In this document: positions 63,051-64,000 of the stretch, one piece after another
Position numbering within the stretch: the first letter of the stretch is position 1
Layout: every line of letters begins with the position of its first letter
Origin: Nanobdellota archaeon
GTDB taxonomy: Archaea > Nanobdellota > Nanobdellia > Pacearchaeales > GW2011-AR1
Assembly: GCA_043810695.1 (NCBI GenBank)
Contig: JBDRNV010000002.1
Location: 5,015-69,014, forward strand
Direction: 5' to 3'
Length of the DNA: 64,000 nt
Position numbers and translations under genes: made by a program
The notes under the pieces: generated by a model
Database searches by the model: none
What the model saw: the letters and a program-made list of their open reading frames with translations, nothing else
Told to the model about the DNA's origin: nothing

Positions 63051-64000
63051 TTACTCATATTTATTTTTTAATCCAAATGTTGTATGAATGTGAAGCCCCT
63101 GCAACTCTTCAACAAGAAGTTTGAATGCATATGAAACCTCAACAGATTCAACATCCTCGCTGTTGCATACAGAGCATATTCTCTTGTCCCTAATATTGTC
63201 ATCTATTGCAATTGAACCACAGTGCAAACATATTGGAAGAACAACTTTGTCAGAGTCATATCTTTCTTTCAAAAGAAGAGAAGCACCATGTGCGACAAGC
63301 GCTTGTTGTTCCATTTCTCCTAGTCTTAATGCTCCACCTCTTGAACGCCCCTCAATAGGCTGTCTTGTAAGCAAAGCAACTTTTCCAGAAGCTCTTCCAT
63401 GCAGTTTATTTGCAACCATATATTTAAGTTTAAGATAATATAAATTTCCGATAAATATTTTCGCTTCCATCTTTTTCCCTGTTATTCCAGAATACATTGT
63501 TTCTTTACCATCATATCTAAATCCTATATCCTGCAACTGCTCTTCAAGTTCGTTTTTGCTTACTCCTGAAAAAGCTGTCCCATCAATTATTTCTCCTTTA
63601 AGACAGCCTACTTTTCCAGCAAGCAATTCAAGTAGATAACCAACAGTCATTCTGCTTGGAAGTCCATGCGGATTAAATATAACATCTGGTCTGATTCCTT
63701 TTGAAGTGAATGGAATATCTTCTTCATTAGCTATAAGACCAACTACCCCTTTCTGTCCGTGTGAAGTTGCAAATTTGTCTCCAATTTCAGGTATTCTTAC
63801 ATCACGTGTTTTTACTTGAACTATTTTGTTTCCATCTTCATCTTTTGTTATCAATACTAATTCAATAGTTCCTTTTTCTTCCTGTTTCATAGATATACTT
63901 GATTCTTTCTTTGTTCTTATTGAAATCTCTCTTGCTTCTGACAAGAACTTTGGAGGACTCATTTTTCCAATCAATACTTCTCCTTCGCTAATTTCTGCCT
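63051..64000 (-). CDS. rpoB: RNA polymerase subunit B, C-terminal part (runs off the window)
   Basis: 'GDKFATSHGQKGV', 'GLPSRMTVG', 'GGALRLGEME', C-terminal CxxC..CxxC. Confidence 0.9.
   Translation of the reverse strand, partial: AEISEGEVLIGKMSPPKFLSEAREISIRTKKESSISMKQEEKGTIELVLITKDEDGNKIVQVKTRDVRIPEIGDKFATSHGQKGVVGLIANEEDIPFTSKGIRPDVIFNPHGLPSRMTVGYLLELLAGKVGCLKGEIIDGTAFSGVSKNELEEQLQDIGFRYDGKETMYSGITGKKMEAKIFIGNLYYLKLKYMVANKLHGRASGKVALLTRQPIEGRSRGGALRLGEMEQQALVAHGASLLLKERYDSDKVVLPICLHCGSIAIDDNIRDKRICSVCNSEDVESVEVSYAFKLLVEELQGLHIHTTFGLKNKYE

Noticed and set aside
1-64000. rRNA genes, CRISPR arrays, IS elements, integrases and prophage blocks
   Set aside because: I found no long G+C-rich structured stretch, no regularly spaced repeats, and no ORF with recombinase, transposase, RT, capsid or terminase motifs while reading the window.

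Overview
The window is AT-rich archaeal chromosome with a DPANN-like gene content (inferred from that content, not searched). The core genes are informational. They include a conserved transcription/translation cluster on the minus strand (rpoB, rpoA, nusA, rps12, rps7, aEF-2) and a separate aEF-1alpha. They also include argS, ileS, prs, dnaG, smc, rnhB, dph5, dtdA, pcm and three tRNAs, two of which carry introns. There are no rRNA genes, CRISPR arrays, integrases, transposases or reverse transcriptases.

The main unexplained signal concerns seven core genes: the SNase nuclease gene, prs/tRNA-Leu, smc, pcm, dnaG, aEF-2 and rps7. In each, the last 25-45 nt including the stop codon recurs once to three times as a direct repeat further downstream. 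The DNA between the copies holds small accessory cassettes: MNT/HEPN, Doc, RelBE, VapBC, HicAB, NYN, YidD and unknown ORFs. At three of these loci the insert between two copies is only a 28-39 nt near-palindrome with a CCAAGCTTGG core. This looks like integrase-less cassettes docking at the 3' ends of genes.

Other notable items:
- A DGR-type template/variable repeat pair with adenine-specific mismatches, but no RT in the window.
- An SMC whose hinge is replaced by a central CPVC (Rad50-like zinc hook).
- A 1749-aa protein that fuses a secreted beta-helix/Ig ectodomain, through one TM helix, to a cytoplasmic HerA/FtsK-type ATPase. It is divergently paired with an 845-aa FN3/Ig surface protein.
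- An apparently unsplit rpoA.
- Small unknown ORFs translationally coupled inside rps12-rps7 and rpoB-rpoA.

All calls come from reading motifs in the supplied translations and DNA. No database search was run.
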